Notes: generated by a model not told the origin, from the letters alone. 64,000 bases of DNA from Acutalibacteraceae bacterium (GCA_045604205.1 JAZUNQ010000013.1:4230-68229), one strand, 5' to 3'; numbered from the stretch's first letter, positions 53,260 through 63,873 are shown. Numbers and translations are program-made.

Positions 53260-54612
53260 TTAATGTTGGGCGTGCTTGTTTTCAAAATACTCTTCGTAAC
53301 CTGTAACCTCTATAGCAGGGACGTAGGTGTAAGCAAACGTCATATTACCGTTTTCAGAAGTGCCAATATTTTTATAAAAACAATAGTATGGAATTTTTTT
53401 GTTGTTTGTTGTCATATATGAAATATCTACATAGTCGTAATTGGTGAAATCGACAGGGTCTTGCATTGCTTGACAAAGGGGACAACCACCTATAGCTAAA
53501 ACATAACCTTTGCTTAGATATTCTTCGGCTTTTTGCAGTGGCAATAATTCAACCTGCTTGCTTATTGAAGGTAATTCATCATTTGAAGATTTTGGAAAAA
53601 ACATTATTGATGCATTGTATAAATTTGTGGAACTAACAATATCGTCTGCATGATTGGCAAAATTATCAAACTTTATTGTTAAAGAACCAGAATCATCTGA
53701 AGTTTTATAAGATATATTAATCCACTCAGCACCGTTTGTAGTATAAGAAGAAAATTCTCTTATGATTTTTGGTTCTATAAAAGTTTTACCAAACAATTTA
53801 CCAAGTTTTTCTTTTATACCCGATAATGATGCAAGTATTTCGGCATCGGTTTTTCTTTGGTCAATAACAACAGTTTCTCCGTAAATGTTCAAAGGAACAT
53901 CAGTTTTCTCATAAATAGATGATTTGCCAAATTTTAGCATAGAATCACTAATATAAAAATAGGTGTTTTTTTCTCCAGTGGACACACGCACGTTGATATC
54001 GTTTTCGGAGTAGGTTTTAATTGTATATTCTGGTGTTGGTATACCTATTGCCTCAGAAAATTTAGGAAGATATTTTTCGGCTATGGCACGAAGTTCTTGC
54101 TCGGTTGGATTTTTTTGTTCTATAGGGAAGTATTCATAAATAGTTACATATTTATCGGCGGGAATAGGAGTAATATAAAGGTATTCTATGCTCGGTACAT
54201 AGATTTTTTGATATGATGTTGTGCCTCCAGCTGAATGAAAAACTATCCCAGCATTAAATAAATCATTAACTGTTAAGGATATATTTGTGTACGGTGGAAC
54301 AAAAGATGTTGTTCCACCAGTTGTGTTGTTCTGCGGACTGCTTTGTGTTTGCTCGGATGATTGATCATATATAATTTCCTCTTGATATATAATTTCAGTA
54401 TCGATGGAGTTAGTAAATTGGTTATTATTTAAATCGCTTATGATTTTAACCGAAGGCAATGTTACCAAAATGGCGGCAATGCAAGCGGCAATAGAACCAA
54501 TTAAAATTTTCTTTCTTCTTGCGGCAATGCGTATGCCAGGGTGCTTTGCTTCGGCTAAAAATTCATCGTCAATAGCATCAAATGCTTTTTCAAATAAATT
54601 GTTATCGTTCAT
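53260..54612 (-). CDS. Putative anti-sigma factor: short cytoplasmic N-domain, one TM segment, and a ~385-aa extracytoplasmic domain of unknown family
   Basis: 450 aa. Translationally coupled to the upstream ECF sigma gene (ATGA overlap). TM segment ILIGSIAACIAAILVTLPSV. Confidence 0.6.
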   Translation of the reverse strand: MNDNNLFEKAFDAIDDEFLAEAKHPGIRIAARRKKILIGSIAACIAAILVTLPSVKIISDLNNNQFTNSIDTEIIYQEEIIYDQSSEQTQSSPQNNTTGGTTSFVPPYTNISLTVNDLFNAGIVFHSAGGTTSYQKIYVPSIEYLYITPIPADKYVTIYEYFPIEQKNPTEQELRAIAEKYLPKFSEAIGIPTPEYTIKTYSENDINVRVSTGEKNTYFYISDSMLKFGKSSIYEKTDVPLNIYGETVVIDQRKTDAEILASLSGIKEKLGKLFGKTFIEPKIIREFSSYTTNGAEWINISYKTSDDSGSLTIKFDNFANHADDIVSSTNLYNASIMFFPKSSNDELPSISKQVELLPLQKAEEYLSKGYVLAIGGCPLCQAMQDPVDFTNYDYVDISYMTTNNKKIPYYCFYKNIGTSENGNMTFAYTYVPAIEVTGYEEYFENKHAQH

Positions 54613-55169
54613 ACAAGCACCTCCTCTTGCTTGAGATGGTCAAGTAGTTTGTTTCGTGTTCTTAAAAGAATCATTTTTACTTTACTTTGCGTAAAACCAA
54701 ACTGACGGCTTATGTCTTTAATTGAATCACAATACCAATAGTGGCAGATAAACACCTGTCGGTCACGCTGTGGCAGTTGACGCAAAAAAGCATTTAAAAT
54801 TTCGGTGAGCTCTAATTGTGATATTGCGTTACAACTGTCAGCAACAACACCCGAAAGCTCGTCCAAAGGAAGCGCATTATCATTGCCGCCACGTTTTTGT
54901 GCCGTTTGTGATTTTAATCTTTTAAAGGATATATTTTTTGTAATACGACTTAAAAAGGCAGAAAGCACCTGTGGGTTGTTTGGGGGTATGCACTCCCACG
55001 CCGATAGGTATGTATCGTTTTCACATTCCTCGGCTTCTTCTTTTACCTTTAATATGTTATATGATACTGAATAGAGTAACTTACCGTATTTGGTTTTGGT
55101 TTCGCTTATGGCAGAATCGTCACGTGCAAAATACAATTCTATTATTTTTTTATCATCCACAAAACTCAC
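54609..55169 (-). CDS. ECF-type RNA polymerase sigma factor
   Basis: 186 aa. Region 2 (AEECENDTYLSAWE...LSAFLSRITKNISFKRL) and region 4 (DRQVFICHYWYCDSIKDISRQFGFTQSKVKMILLRTR). Confidence 0.85.
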   Translation of the reverse strand: MSFVDDKKIIELYFARDDSAISETKTKYGKLLYSVSYNILKVKEEAEECENDTYLSAWECIPPNNPQVLSAFLSRITKNISFKRLKSQTAQKRGGNDNALPLDELSGVVADSCNAISQLELTEILNAFLRQLPQRDRQVFICHYWYCDSIKDISRQFGFTQSKVKMILLRTRNKLLDHLKQEEVLV

Positions 55170-55323
55170 CCCTTTAATTAATAAGTACTCTTTTATATAT
55201 GTAAGGTCACAAATTTTTAAATTTATTGTACAAATTAATTATATATTAATATATTTGCCGTGTAAAGTAGTGCAAAAGTACACAAAAATTAAAAAAATTT
55301 CAAAAAATTAACAAAAAAGGTTG

Positions 55324-55373
55324 CAATTTTGTAACCTTTGGGAATAATAGTAAAGGAAATTGTTACAAAATTG
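55324..55373 (+). promoter_or_regulatory. 12-bp perfect inverted repeat (stem-loop or operator) in the leader of the M23 peptidase gene
   Basis: CAATTTTGTAAC (55324-55335) pairs with GTTACAAAATTG (55362-55373). The right arm covers the TTG that the ORF track uses as the start. Confidence 0.5.
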
Positions 55374-56637
55374 TAATCTTTTGGAAGGAGAATGCGCTAT
55401 TTTTGATGATGTAATTCCGCTTTTTATAGAAAGCGTAAAACGTTTAGCATCTACAATTAAGAATAGTTCAACCAGAGTAAAGCAAAGTGCTTTTGCGGTA
55501 GTAGCGGTTATTGCTATTATGGCAAGTCTTACCTATACAGGTGTTCGCATTGCATATAAAGTAAATTACAGTGGCAATATTATTGCAACCGTAAGCAGTA
55601 AAAAACAGTTTGACGATGCTTTGGCATTGGTAGTAAGTTTAGTAGGCGGCAGAGATGTGGAATCGGTTGTTGAGCAACCAAAATTCAGCGCTACAATGGC
55701 ACTGAATAAAAACATAAACAATACCGAAGAGGTTGCTAATGCCATTATTAACAATACCGATGAAATTGTTGAAGCCGCAACACTTACAGTAAACGGCAAC
55801 GCTATGTTGCACGCTGACAAAGATTTTGTTGAAAGATCTTTAAAAGTAAGGCTTAATAGCTTTAATGTTGAGGGTTTTGAGTGTACAAGCCGTTTTGCAA
55901 GCAAGGTTGAGTGTATGCCTGGATATTTTATGGTATCTCAGCTTGACACTAACCGCAAAGTAGAGGATGTTATCTCTTCACTTGCTGTTATTACAGAAGT
56001 AAAAGAAACAAGCGATGTTGTTGTACCATATGAAAGCGTTGTAGAAGAAACGGACAAGCAGTCGGTAAACTACGCTTCGGTAAAGGTTGCCGGCGTATCG
56101 GGCATAAGCCGCACAACCAAAAAAGTGGTTATGCTTAACGGTATTGTACAGTCTACCGAAGAAATCGGAACACAGGTTGTTGTGCCTCCGGTTAATGAAG
56201 TTATAATTCGTGGTACAGCAAAAATTCCTGCAACTGCAGAAGAGCTTAAGCAGGCAAGCAGTGCAGGCTTTATATTCCCACTGCCGACAGGTACTTGGGG
56301 TGTAAGTGCATACTACGGTGACGGAAGAAATCACAAGGGCGTTGACCTTTATGCTCCAAGCGGTACATCTATTTATGCGGTAGCAGGCGGTACAGTTGTT
56401 TTTTCAGGCTGGAAGGGTGCATACGGTAACTGTGTGATTATTGAACACGCAAACGGTATGCGTACTTTGTATGCGCACGCAAGACAGGTTTGTTGCAGTG
56501 TGGGTGATACCGTATCACAGGGCGAAGTAATAGCACTTGTTGGTACAACAGGTCAGTCTACCGGCAACCACCTTCATTTTGAAGTTATTGTAGGCGGCAG
56601 AAACGTTGACCCTGCACCATATATTAACTTAAGATAA
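55360..56637 (+). CDS. M23-family metallopeptidase with an N-terminal TM anchor
   Basis: LytM-type motifs HKGVDLYA and GNHLHFEV. TM segment AFAVVAVIAIMASLTY. The start codon is ambiguous (see findings). Confidence 0.85.
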   Translation: MLQNCNLLEGECAIFDDVIPLFIESVKRLASTIKNSSTRVKQSAFAVVAVIAIMASLTYTGVRIAYKVNYSGNIIATVSSKKQFDDALALVVSLVGGRDVESVVEQPKFSATMALNKNINNTEEVANAIINNTDEIVEAATLTVNGNAMLHADKDFVERSLKVRLNSFNVEGFECTSRFASKVECMPGYFMVSQLDTNRKVEDVISSLAVITEVKETSDVVVPYESVVEETDKQSVNYASVKVAGVSGISRTTKKVVMLNGIVQSTEEIGTQVVVPPVNEVIIRGTAKIPATAEELKQASSAGFIFPLPTGTWGVSAYYGDGRNHKGVDLYAPSGTSIYAVAGGTVVFSGWKGAYGNCVIIEHANGMRTLYAHARQVCCSVGDTVSQGEVIALVGTTGQSTGNHLHFEVIVGGRNVDPAPYINLR

Positions 56638-56654
56638 CAAATACTTAAAATTAT

Positions 56655-56685
56655 AACGCTCCGACGCTGTCGGAGCGTTTTTTTG
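56655..56685 (+). terminator. Rho-independent terminator
   Basis: Stem AACGCTCCGAC-gct-GTCGGAGCGTT followed by T7. Confidence 0.85.
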
Positions 56686-56718
56686 TAAATTGTTCAAGAT
56701 TATTTTGTGCTTTAAACC

Positions 56719-56748
56719 TTGACTAAACCACAATATTTAGTGTATAAT
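56719..56748 (+). promoter_or_regulatory. SigA-type promoter for the topoisomerase operon
   Basis: TTGACT (56719-56724), an 18-nt spacer, then TATAAT (56743-56748). Confidence 0.55.
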
Positions 56749-56792
56749 GTATACTGTATATTAATGTGAAAATTTGTTAGGAAGTGTAATTT

Positions 56793-58781
56793 TTGGCTAA
56801 AGCAAAAGCACAATATGACAATACCAGTATTCAAAAACTTGAAGGCCCCGACCGAGTGCGAAAACGTCCGGGCGTTATTTTTGGTTCGGACGGTCTTGAC
56901 GGTTGCGAGCATTCTGTTTTTGAAATAATATCCAACTCTATCGACGAAGCACGTGAGGGTCACGGTAAAAAAATTGTAATTACCTACCATAGCGACGGTT
57001 CTATTGAGGTGCAGGACTTTGGTCGTGGTTGCCCTGTGGATTACAACTCTAAATATGATTGCGAAAACTGGGAAATGGTTTTTTGCGAGATGTATGCGGG
57101 CGGTAAATACGGCACCGACGAAGGCTCTAACTACAGCACTTCAATCGGTCTTAACGGCTTGGGTCTGTGTGCAACGCAGTATGCGGCCGAGTGGATGGAT
57201 GTTGAGGTTAAGCGTGACGGTTTTAAATATAACCTTCATTTTGAAAAGGGCTTTAACAAGGGTGGACTAAAAAAAGAGCCGTACAGCGGTCGGGAAACAG
57301 GAACAAAAATCCGTTGGAAGCCCGATATTGAAGTATTTACCGACATAAATATTCCAAGGGATTATTTTATTGACACACTTAAAAGACAGGCAATTGTAAA
57401 TGACGGACTGCTTTTTGAATTTCGTGAGCAACAGGGCGCACGTTATATAACACAGGACATTATTTACGAAAACGGTATTACCGACTACGTTAATGAAAAG
57501 GTCGGCGAAGAAAAGCTTACCTCGGTGCAGTTCTGGTCTGCCGAGCGCAAGGGTCGTGACAGGGAAGATAAACCCGAATATAAGGTCAAGATAAATGCGG
57601 CACTTACCTTTTCTAACCGACACACATTAAAGGAATACTATCACAACTCAAGCTGGCTTGAATATGGCGGCGCTCCCGAGCGTGCTGTAAGAAATGCGTT
57701 TGTATACCAAATAGACGCATACTTAAAGCAAAATAATAAGTACAAAAGCGGCGAAAGCAAAATAACCTTTTCCGACGTTGAAGAATGCTTGGTGCTTGTT
57801 ATATCATCATTTTCGCCGGGTGGTCTGGTGTCTTATGAAAACCAGACTAAAAAGAGTATAACCAACAAGTTTATCGGCGATGCTATGACCGAGTTTTTAC
57901 GTCATCAGCTTGAAATCTATTTTATAGAAAACAAGGCAGAGGCCGAAAAAATTGCCGAACAGGTGCTTATTAACAAGCGTAGCCGTGAGCGTAGTGAAAA
58001 GGAAAGAATTAATCTTAAAAAGACACTTGCTACAGGCAATTCTATGGCAGACAGGGTACAAAAATTTGTTGACTGCCGTAGCAAAGATGTTAATGAGCGT
58101 GAGCTTTATATAGTTGAGGGTGACTCGGCTTTGGGTTCTTGTAAACTGGCTCGAGATGCGGCGTTTCAGGCTATTATGCCTGTTCGTGGTAAGATACTTA
58201 ACTGCCTAAAGGCTGAGTACGATAAAATTTTTAAAAGCGAAATCATTACCGATTTGCTTAAAGTTTTAGGTTGCGGTGTAGAGGTTAAATCAAAGGCAAA
58301 TAAAAACCTTTCTAACTTTGATATGGCAAACCTTCGTTGGAACAAGATTATAATCTGTACCGATGCCGACGTTGACGGTTTTCATATACGCACACTTATT
58401 CTTACAATGATTTACCGTCTTATGCCAACACTTATAAGTGAGGGTAAGGTATTTATTGCCGAGACTCCGCTCTATGAGATAACAACAAAGGTAAAAACCT
58501 ATTTTGCATACGACGAAAACGAAAAGATTGACATACTAAATGAAATAGGCGATGAAAAATACACCTTGCAGCGTTCCAAAGGTCTTGGTGAAAACCAACC
58601 CGATATGATGAACCTGACAACAATGAATCCCGAAACACGCCGTCTTATAAAAATACTTCCGGAAGATGCCGAGCACACAAGCGAAATGTTTGATTTGCTT
58701 TTGGGTGATAATCTTGCAGGACGTAAAGATTATATTTCGGAATACGGTTATCTTTATATGGAAGATGCCGATATTAGTTAA
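56793..58781 (+). CDS. parE: Type IIA topoisomerase ATPase subunit (ParE/GyrB family, divergent)
   Basis: 662 aa with GHKL ATPase (NSIDEA), Toprim (EGDSA, DADVDG) and a TTG start. Assigned to ParE rather than GyrB only because its partner lacks a GyrA box. Confidence 0.65.
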   Translation: MAKAKAQYDNTSIQKLEGPDRVRKRPGVIFGSDGLDGCEHSVFEIISNSIDEAREGHGKKIVITYHSDGSIEVQDFGRGCPVDYNSKYDCENWEMVFCEMYAGGKYGTDEGSNYSTSIGLNGLGLCATQYAAEWMDVEVKRDGFKYNLHFEKGFNKGGLKKEPYSGRETGTKIRWKPDIEVFTDINIPRDYFIDTLKRQAIVNDGLLFEFREQQGARYITQDIIYENGITDYVNEKVGEEKLTSVQFWSAERKGRDREDKPEYKVKINAALTFSNRHTLKEYYHNSSWLEYGGAPERAVRNAFVYQIDAYLKQNNKYKSGESKITFSDVEECLVLVISSFSPGGLVSYENQTKKSITNKFIGDAMTEFLRHQLEIYFIENKAEAEKIAEQVLINKRSRERSEKERINLKKTLATGNSMADRVQKFVDCRSKDVNERELYIVEGDSALGSCKLARDAAFQAIMPVRGKILNCLKAEYDKIFKSEIITDLLKVLGCGVEVKSKANKNLSNFDMANLRWNKIIICTDADVDGFHIRTLILTMIYRLMPTLISEGKVFIAETPLYEITTKVKTYFAYDENEKIDILNEIGDEKYTLQRSKGLGENQPDMMNLTTMNPETRRLIKILPEDAEHTSEMFDLLLGDNLAGRKDYISEYGYLYMEDADIS

Positions 58782-58808
58782 TGATATGAATTAAAGGAGA
58801 TTTTTAAC

Positions 58809-61052
58809 TTGGCTCCAAGAAAAAAGAAAGAAACCGAGCAAAAAACTAAAAAGCCACAAAGCAATGCCTATATTGCGGGTGCAGGCACCGTGGTCGAAAG
58901 TCTGGTTACAGAAACGCTAAAATCAAACTTTATGCCATACGCTATGAGCGTTATCGTTTCACGTGCCATACCCGAGATTGACGGTTTTAAACCGTCGCAC
59001 CGCAAATTGCTTTATACTATGTATAATATGGGACTGCTTAAAGGCAACACCATAAAATCGGCTAATATTGTTGGCCGTACAATGCAGCTTAACCCTCACG
59101 GTGATGCCGCCATTTACGAAACAATGGTACGTTTGTCCGAGGGTAACGAGGCACTGTTGCATCCATACGTTAAATCAAAGGGTTCTTTCGGTAAAGCATA
59201 TTCACGTGATATGCAGTGCGCTGCTTCACGTTATACCGAGGCACGTCTTGCCCCCATTGCCGAAGAATTGTTTGTAGATATTGATAAGGATACCGTTGAT
59301 TTTGTAGATAACTATGACGCTACTATGAAAGAGCCGGTGCTTTTTCCGGTAAGGTTTCCGTCGATACTTGTAAACGCAAATATGGGTATTGCCGCAGGTA
59401 TGGCAAGTAATATTTGTCCGTTCAATCTGCGTGAAGTGTGTGAAACCACCATTGCGTATATTAAAGATAACGATATAAACGTTGCCGATACACTTTTAGC
59501 CCCCGATTTTCCGATAGGTGGTGAGCTTTTATATGACCGCAGTGAAATGGAAAAGATTTATGAGACCGGTCGTGGTAGCTTTAAGGTGCGTGGCACATAC
59601 GTTTATGACAAGTCTAATAACTGTATAGATATAAAATCTATACCGCCAACCACAACAACCGAGGCTATTATTGAAAAGGTAATTGACCTTGTAAAGCTTA
59701 AAAAGATTACCGAAATCAATGATATTCGTGACGAAACCGACCTTGGCGGTTTGCAGATTACAATTGATCTTAAACGTGGTGTTGACGTAGATAAACTTAT
59801 GAAAAAACTTTTCAAGATGACACCACTTCAGGACAGCTTTTCTTGCAACTTTAATATTCTTATTGCATCAAGTCCTATGGTGCTTGGCGTAAAGGATATT
59901 ATATCTGAATGGGTGGCATTTCGTAGCGAGTGCGTTCGCCGTAGAGTTTACTTTAAGCTTGAAAAGGCAAAGGGTAAGCTTCATCTGCTTAAAGGTATGC
60001 AAAAAATACTGCTTGATATAGATAAGGCGATCAAGATTGTACGTGACACCAAAGAAGAAAAAGAGGTTGTACCAAACCTTATGATAGGCTTTGGTATTGA
60101 TGAAACACAGGCAGAATATGTAGCCGAAATAAAACTTCGTCACCTTAACCGAGAATATATTTTAAAACGTCTTGACGAAATCGAAAATCTTGAAAAAGAA
60201 ATTGAAGAGATGCAGTCTATTCTTGATTCTAAAGCAAAGATTAAAAAGATAATTGTAAAAGAGCTTGAAGAGGTTGCAAAAAAATACGGACAGGACCGTA
60301 AGACACAGATTGTTTCTGCCGAGACCGAGGATACGACCAACGAACCCGAGGTACTTGACGAATCGCCGGTAACACTATTCTTTACAAAAGACGGTTACTT
60401 TAAAAAGATTACACCACTTTCACTTCGTATGAGCGGTGAGCAAAAGCTTAAAGAGGGCGACGAGATTACACAGACTATTGAATCGACCAATGCGCATGAC
60501 CTGTTGTTCTTTACAACCAATGCTCAGGTTTACAAAAGCCGTGTGTATGATTTTGCCGACGGCAAGGCGAGTGCGTTGGGTGACTTTGTTGCAAGCAAAC
60601 TTGGTTATGACGAAGGTGAATCAAGTCTTTATATGGTGCACACCCGTGATTATAGCGGATTTATGATTTTTGTTTTTGATAACGGTCGTATAGCAAAGGT
60701 TCCGCTTAAATCTTACGAAACCAAAACCAACCGTAAAAAGCTTATTAAAGCATACTGTGAAAAGCACAAAATTCATACAATTCTTTATTTGAACGAGGAT
60801 TGTGACATACTGCTTAAATCCACAAACAACCGTATGCTGCTTGTCAACACGGCGCTTATTCCTGCAAAGGCTACTAAGGATAACGGCGGTATCGCAGTTA
60901 TGACTCAGAAAAAGGGTCAGAGAATATTTACAGCAGAGCCGTGCAATACGGATAGTATTGACAATCCACATCGCTATCGCACAAAGAATCTGCCTGCCGC
61001 AGGTGCATTGCCGCAAAAAGGACAGGCAACCCAAACCGCACTTGACATATAG
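58809..61052 (+). CDS. parC: Type IIA topoisomerase cleavage subunit (ParC/GyrA family, divergent)
   Basis: 747 aa with the catalytic-Tyr motif AASRYTEARL. The C-terminal domain is short and I see no QRRGGKG GyrA box. TTG start after the RBS AAAGGAG. Confidence 0.65.
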   Translation: MAPRKKKETEQKTKKPQSNAYIAGAGTVVESLVTETLKSNFMPYAMSVIVSRAIPEIDGFKPSHRKLLYTMYNMGLLKGNTIKSANIVGRTMQLNPHGDAAIYETMVRLSEGNEALLHPYVKSKGSFGKAYSRDMQCAASRYTEARLAPIAEELFVDIDKDTVDFVDNYDATMKEPVLFPVRFPSILVNANMGIAAGMASNICPFNLREVCETTIAYIKDNDINVADTLLAPDFPIGGELLYDRSEMEKIYETGRGSFKVRGTYVYDKSNNCIDIKSIPPTTTTEAIIEKVIDLVKLKKITEINDIRDETDLGGLQITIDLKRGVDVDKLMKKLFKMTPLQDSFSCNFNILIASSPMVLGVKDIISEWVAFRSECVRRRVYFKLEKAKGKLHLLKGMQKILLDIDKAIKIVRDTKEEKEVVPNLMIGFGIDETQAEYVAEIKLRHLNREYILKRLDEIENLEKEIEEMQSILDSKAKIKKIIVKELEEVAKKYGQDRKTQIVSAETEDTTNEPEVLDESPVTLFFTKDGYFKKITPLSLRMSGEQKLKEGDEITQTIESTNAHDLLFFTTNAQVYKSRVYDFADGKASALGDFVASKLGYDEGESSLYMVHTRDYSGFMIFVFDNGRIAKVPLKSYETKTNRKKLIKAYCEKHKIHTILYLNEDCDILLKSTNNRMLLVNTALIPAKATKDNGGIAVMTQKKGQRIFTAEPCNTDSIDNPHRYRTKNLPAAGALPQKGQATQTALDI

Positions 61053-61230
61053 TGCATTTAGTTGTAAAATAAAAAACCGTCCGAAAAGCCACATACCTTG
61101 AATATTTTCAAAGTAAAAACGCATCTCGGGCGGTATGTCCGCCTCGAAATGCAAACGCTGTTACTCGTGGCTGACAGTATTAATATTAACATTTTAATTT
61201 CAATTATACTTATTTGGAGTTGGTAAATTT

Positions 61231-63864
61231 ATGAATAAAGAACTCGCAAAGCAGTATGACCCAAAGGACGTTGAAGATCGCATTTATAAAATGTGGCTCG
61301 ACGGCAAATATTTTCACGCAAAATGTGAAGAGGGTAAGGAAACCTATACAATAGTTATTCCTCCTCCAAACATCACAGGTCAGCTTCATATGGGTCACGC
61401 ACTTGATAATACTTTGCAGGATATTCTTATACGTTTTAAGCGTATGCAGGGATATGACACTTTATGGCTTCCCGGTACAGACCACGCATCTATTGCTACA
61501 GAAGCAAAGATTGTTGAAGCAATGAAAAAAGAGGGCATTACCAAAGATGACCTTGGTCGAGACGGCTTTTTAGAACGTGCTTGGGAATGGAAACGTCAGT
61601 ACGGCGGCAGAATTATAGAGCAGCTTAAAAAGCTCGGTTCTTCTTGCGACTGGGACCGTGAGCGTTTTACTCTTGACGAAGGCTGTAACAAGGCCGTTCG
61701 TGAAGTGTTTGTAAACCTTTATGAAAAGGGTCTTATCTACCGTGGCGAACGTATTATAAACTGGTGCCCACACTGCAAAACATCTATCTCTGATGCAGAG
61801 GTAGAGTACGAGGAGCAGGCAGGTCATTTCTGGCATCTGCGTTATCCTTTTGTTGACGGAAGCGGATACTTAGAGCTTGCTACAACCCGTCCTGAAACAC
61901 TTCTTGGTGATACTGCTGTTGCAGTAAACCCAAATGATGAGCGTTATAAAGATTTAATTGGTAAAGAGCTTGACCTTCCAATAGTTCACCGTAAGATACC
62001 GGTTGTTGCCGACGATTACGTTGAAATGGATTTTGGTACAGGTGTTGTTAAAATTACACCTGCTCACGACCCCAACGACTTTGAGGTTGGTCTTCGTCAT
62101 AATCTTCCCGTTATTTGTGTAATGACCGATGACGCAAAGATTACCGATGATTATCCAAAATATGCGGGATTAGACCGCTACGAAGCACGAAAGGCTATTG
62201 TTGCTGACTTGGAAGCAGAAGGCGCACTCGTTAAGGTAGAGGACTACACCCACAACGTTGGCACCTGTTACCGTTGCGGCACTACAGTTGAGCCTGCCGT
62301 TTCAAAACAGTGGTTTGTAAAAATGAAACCGCTTGCAACCCCTGCTATTGATGCAGTTAAAAATGGTGAGACAAAGTTTGTTCCTCAGCGTTTTGAAAAG
62401 GTATATTTCCACTGGCTTGAAAATATCCGTGACTGGTGTATTTCACGTCAGCTTTGGTGGGGTCACCGTATACCTGCTTGGTATTGTGAAGAATGTGGCG
62501 AGATTACCGTATCACGTGAGGATGCACACAAGTGTGCCCACTGTGGTAGTGAAAAGATTGTTCAAGATCCTGATACACTTGACACCTGGTTCTCTTCGGC
62601 TCTTTGGCCGTTCTCTACACTTGGTTGGCCGGACAAAACCGAGGACCTTAAGCACTACTATCCTACCAATACACTTGTAACCGGCTATGATATTATTCCT
62701 TTCTGGGTAATGCGTATGATGTTCTCGGGACTTGAACACACAGGCGAAGTACCTTTTAACACCGTACTTATTCATGGTCTTGTTCGTGACAGTCAGGGTA
62801 GAAAAATGTCAAAATCTTTGGGCAACGGCGTTGACCCACTTGAAGTAATAGATACCTTCGGTGCCGATGCTCTCCGTTTCTCTCTTGCTACAGGTAACAG
62901 CCCCGGTAATGATATGCGTTATATACCCGAGCGTGTTGAAGCAAGCCGTAACTTTGCAAACAAAATTTGGAATGCGGCAAGATTTATCCTTATGAATCTT
63001 GAAAGTGACGAGGTTATGCCAATAAATACTGCAGACTTTGCACTTGAAGATAAGTGGATAATCTCTAAATACAACACTCTTGTTCGTGACGTTACCGAAA
63101 ACCTTGACCATTTTGAGCTTGGGCTTGCGGTACAAAAGTTGTACGACTTTATCTGGGACGTGTTCTGCGACTGGTATATCGAAATTTGTAAATCTCGCTT
63201 AAACGGCGAAGATGAAGCCGCTAAAAACACTGCACGCAGTGTATTGGTTTACGTATTTACCAACACCTTGGCACTCCTTCATCCGTTTATGCCATTTATT
63301 ACAGAAGAAATTTGGCAGAGCTTGCCTCATAGCGGCGATGCCCTTATGGTTGTTGATTGGCCAAAATTCTCTGAAGAATTTAATTTCTCAGGCGAGGAAG
63401 CAGAATTTGAAAAGATTATGCTTGTAATCAAGGCTATCAGAAATCGCAGAGCCGAAATGAACGTTCCACCTTCTAAAAAGGCAAAGGTTTGCATCCAAAC
63501 AAACTTTGCTGACACCTTTAGCACAGGTACATCATACATTTGCCGTTTGGCAAGTGCTTCCGAAGTAGAAATCGGAGACAGTTTTGATGCCGAGGGTGCA
63601 GTCAGGGTTGTTACCGATGCGGCTACCGTTTATATGCCAATGAAAGAACTTGTTGATATCGAAGGCGAAATTGCAAGACTTAACAAAGATTTGCAAAAAG
63701 CTATAGTTGATAAAGAGTTCTTTGAAAAGAAACTGGGTAACGAGGGCTTTGTTGCAAAAGCACCTGCCGCTGTTATTGAACAGCAAAGACAGGGCCTTGC
63801 CAAAGCACTTGATAAAATCAAGATGATTGAAGACAGTATTAACGAAATCAAGGCTCTTGGTTAA
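61231..63864 (+). CDS. valS: Valine--tRNA ligase
   Basis: 877 aa with a HIGH-type motif (GQLHMGHA), KMSKS, a CP1 editing domain and a C-terminal coiled coil. Confidence 0.97.
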   Translation: MNKELAKQYDPKDVEDRIYKMWLDGKYFHAKCEEGKETYTIVIPPPNITGQLHMGHALDNTLQDILIRFKRMQGYDTLWLPGTDHASIATEAKIVEAMKKEGITKDDLGRDGFLERAWEWKRQYGGRIIEQLKKLGSSCDWDRERFTLDEGCNKAVREVFVNLYEKGLIYRGERIINWCPHCKTSISDAEVEYEEQAGHFWHLRYPFVDGSGYLELATTRPETLLGDTAVAVNPNDERYKDLIGKELDLPIVHRKIPVVADDYVEMDFGTGVVKITPAHDPNDFEVGLRHNLPVICVMTDDAKITDDYPKYAGLDRYEARKAIVADLEAEGALVKVEDYTHNVGTCYRCGTTVEPAVSKQWFVKMKPLATPAIDAVKNGETKFVPQRFEKVYFHWLENIRDWCISRQLWWGHRIPAWYCEECGEITVSREDAHKCAHCGSEKIVQDPDTLDTWFSSALWPFSTLGWPDKTEDLKHYYPTNTLVTGYDIIPFWVMRMMFSGLEHTGEVPFNTVLIHGLVRDSQGRKMSKSLGNGVDPLEVIDTFGADALRFSLATGNSPGNDMRYIPERVEASRNFANKIWNAARFILMNLESDEVMPINTADFALEDKWIISKYNTLVRDVTENLDHFELGLAVQKLYDFIWDVFCDWYIEICKSRLNGEDEAAKNTARSVLVYVFTNTLALLHPFMPFITEEIWQSLPHSGDALMVVDWPKFSEEFNFSGEEAEFEKIMLVIKAIRNRRAEMNVPPSKKAKVCIQTNFADTFSTGTSYICRLASASEVEIGDSFDAEGAVRVVTDAATVYMPMKELVDIEGEIARLNKDLQKAIVDKEFFEKKLGNEGFVAKAPAAVIEQQRQGLAKALDKIKMIEDSINEIKALG

Positions 63865-63873
63865 AAATTAAAA

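Noticed and set aside
60621-61154. A 177-aa minus-strand ORF overlapping the 3' end of parC and the valS leader.
   Set aside because: It is antisense to a well-supported gene, has no RBS, and has odd Cys/Phe-rich composition.
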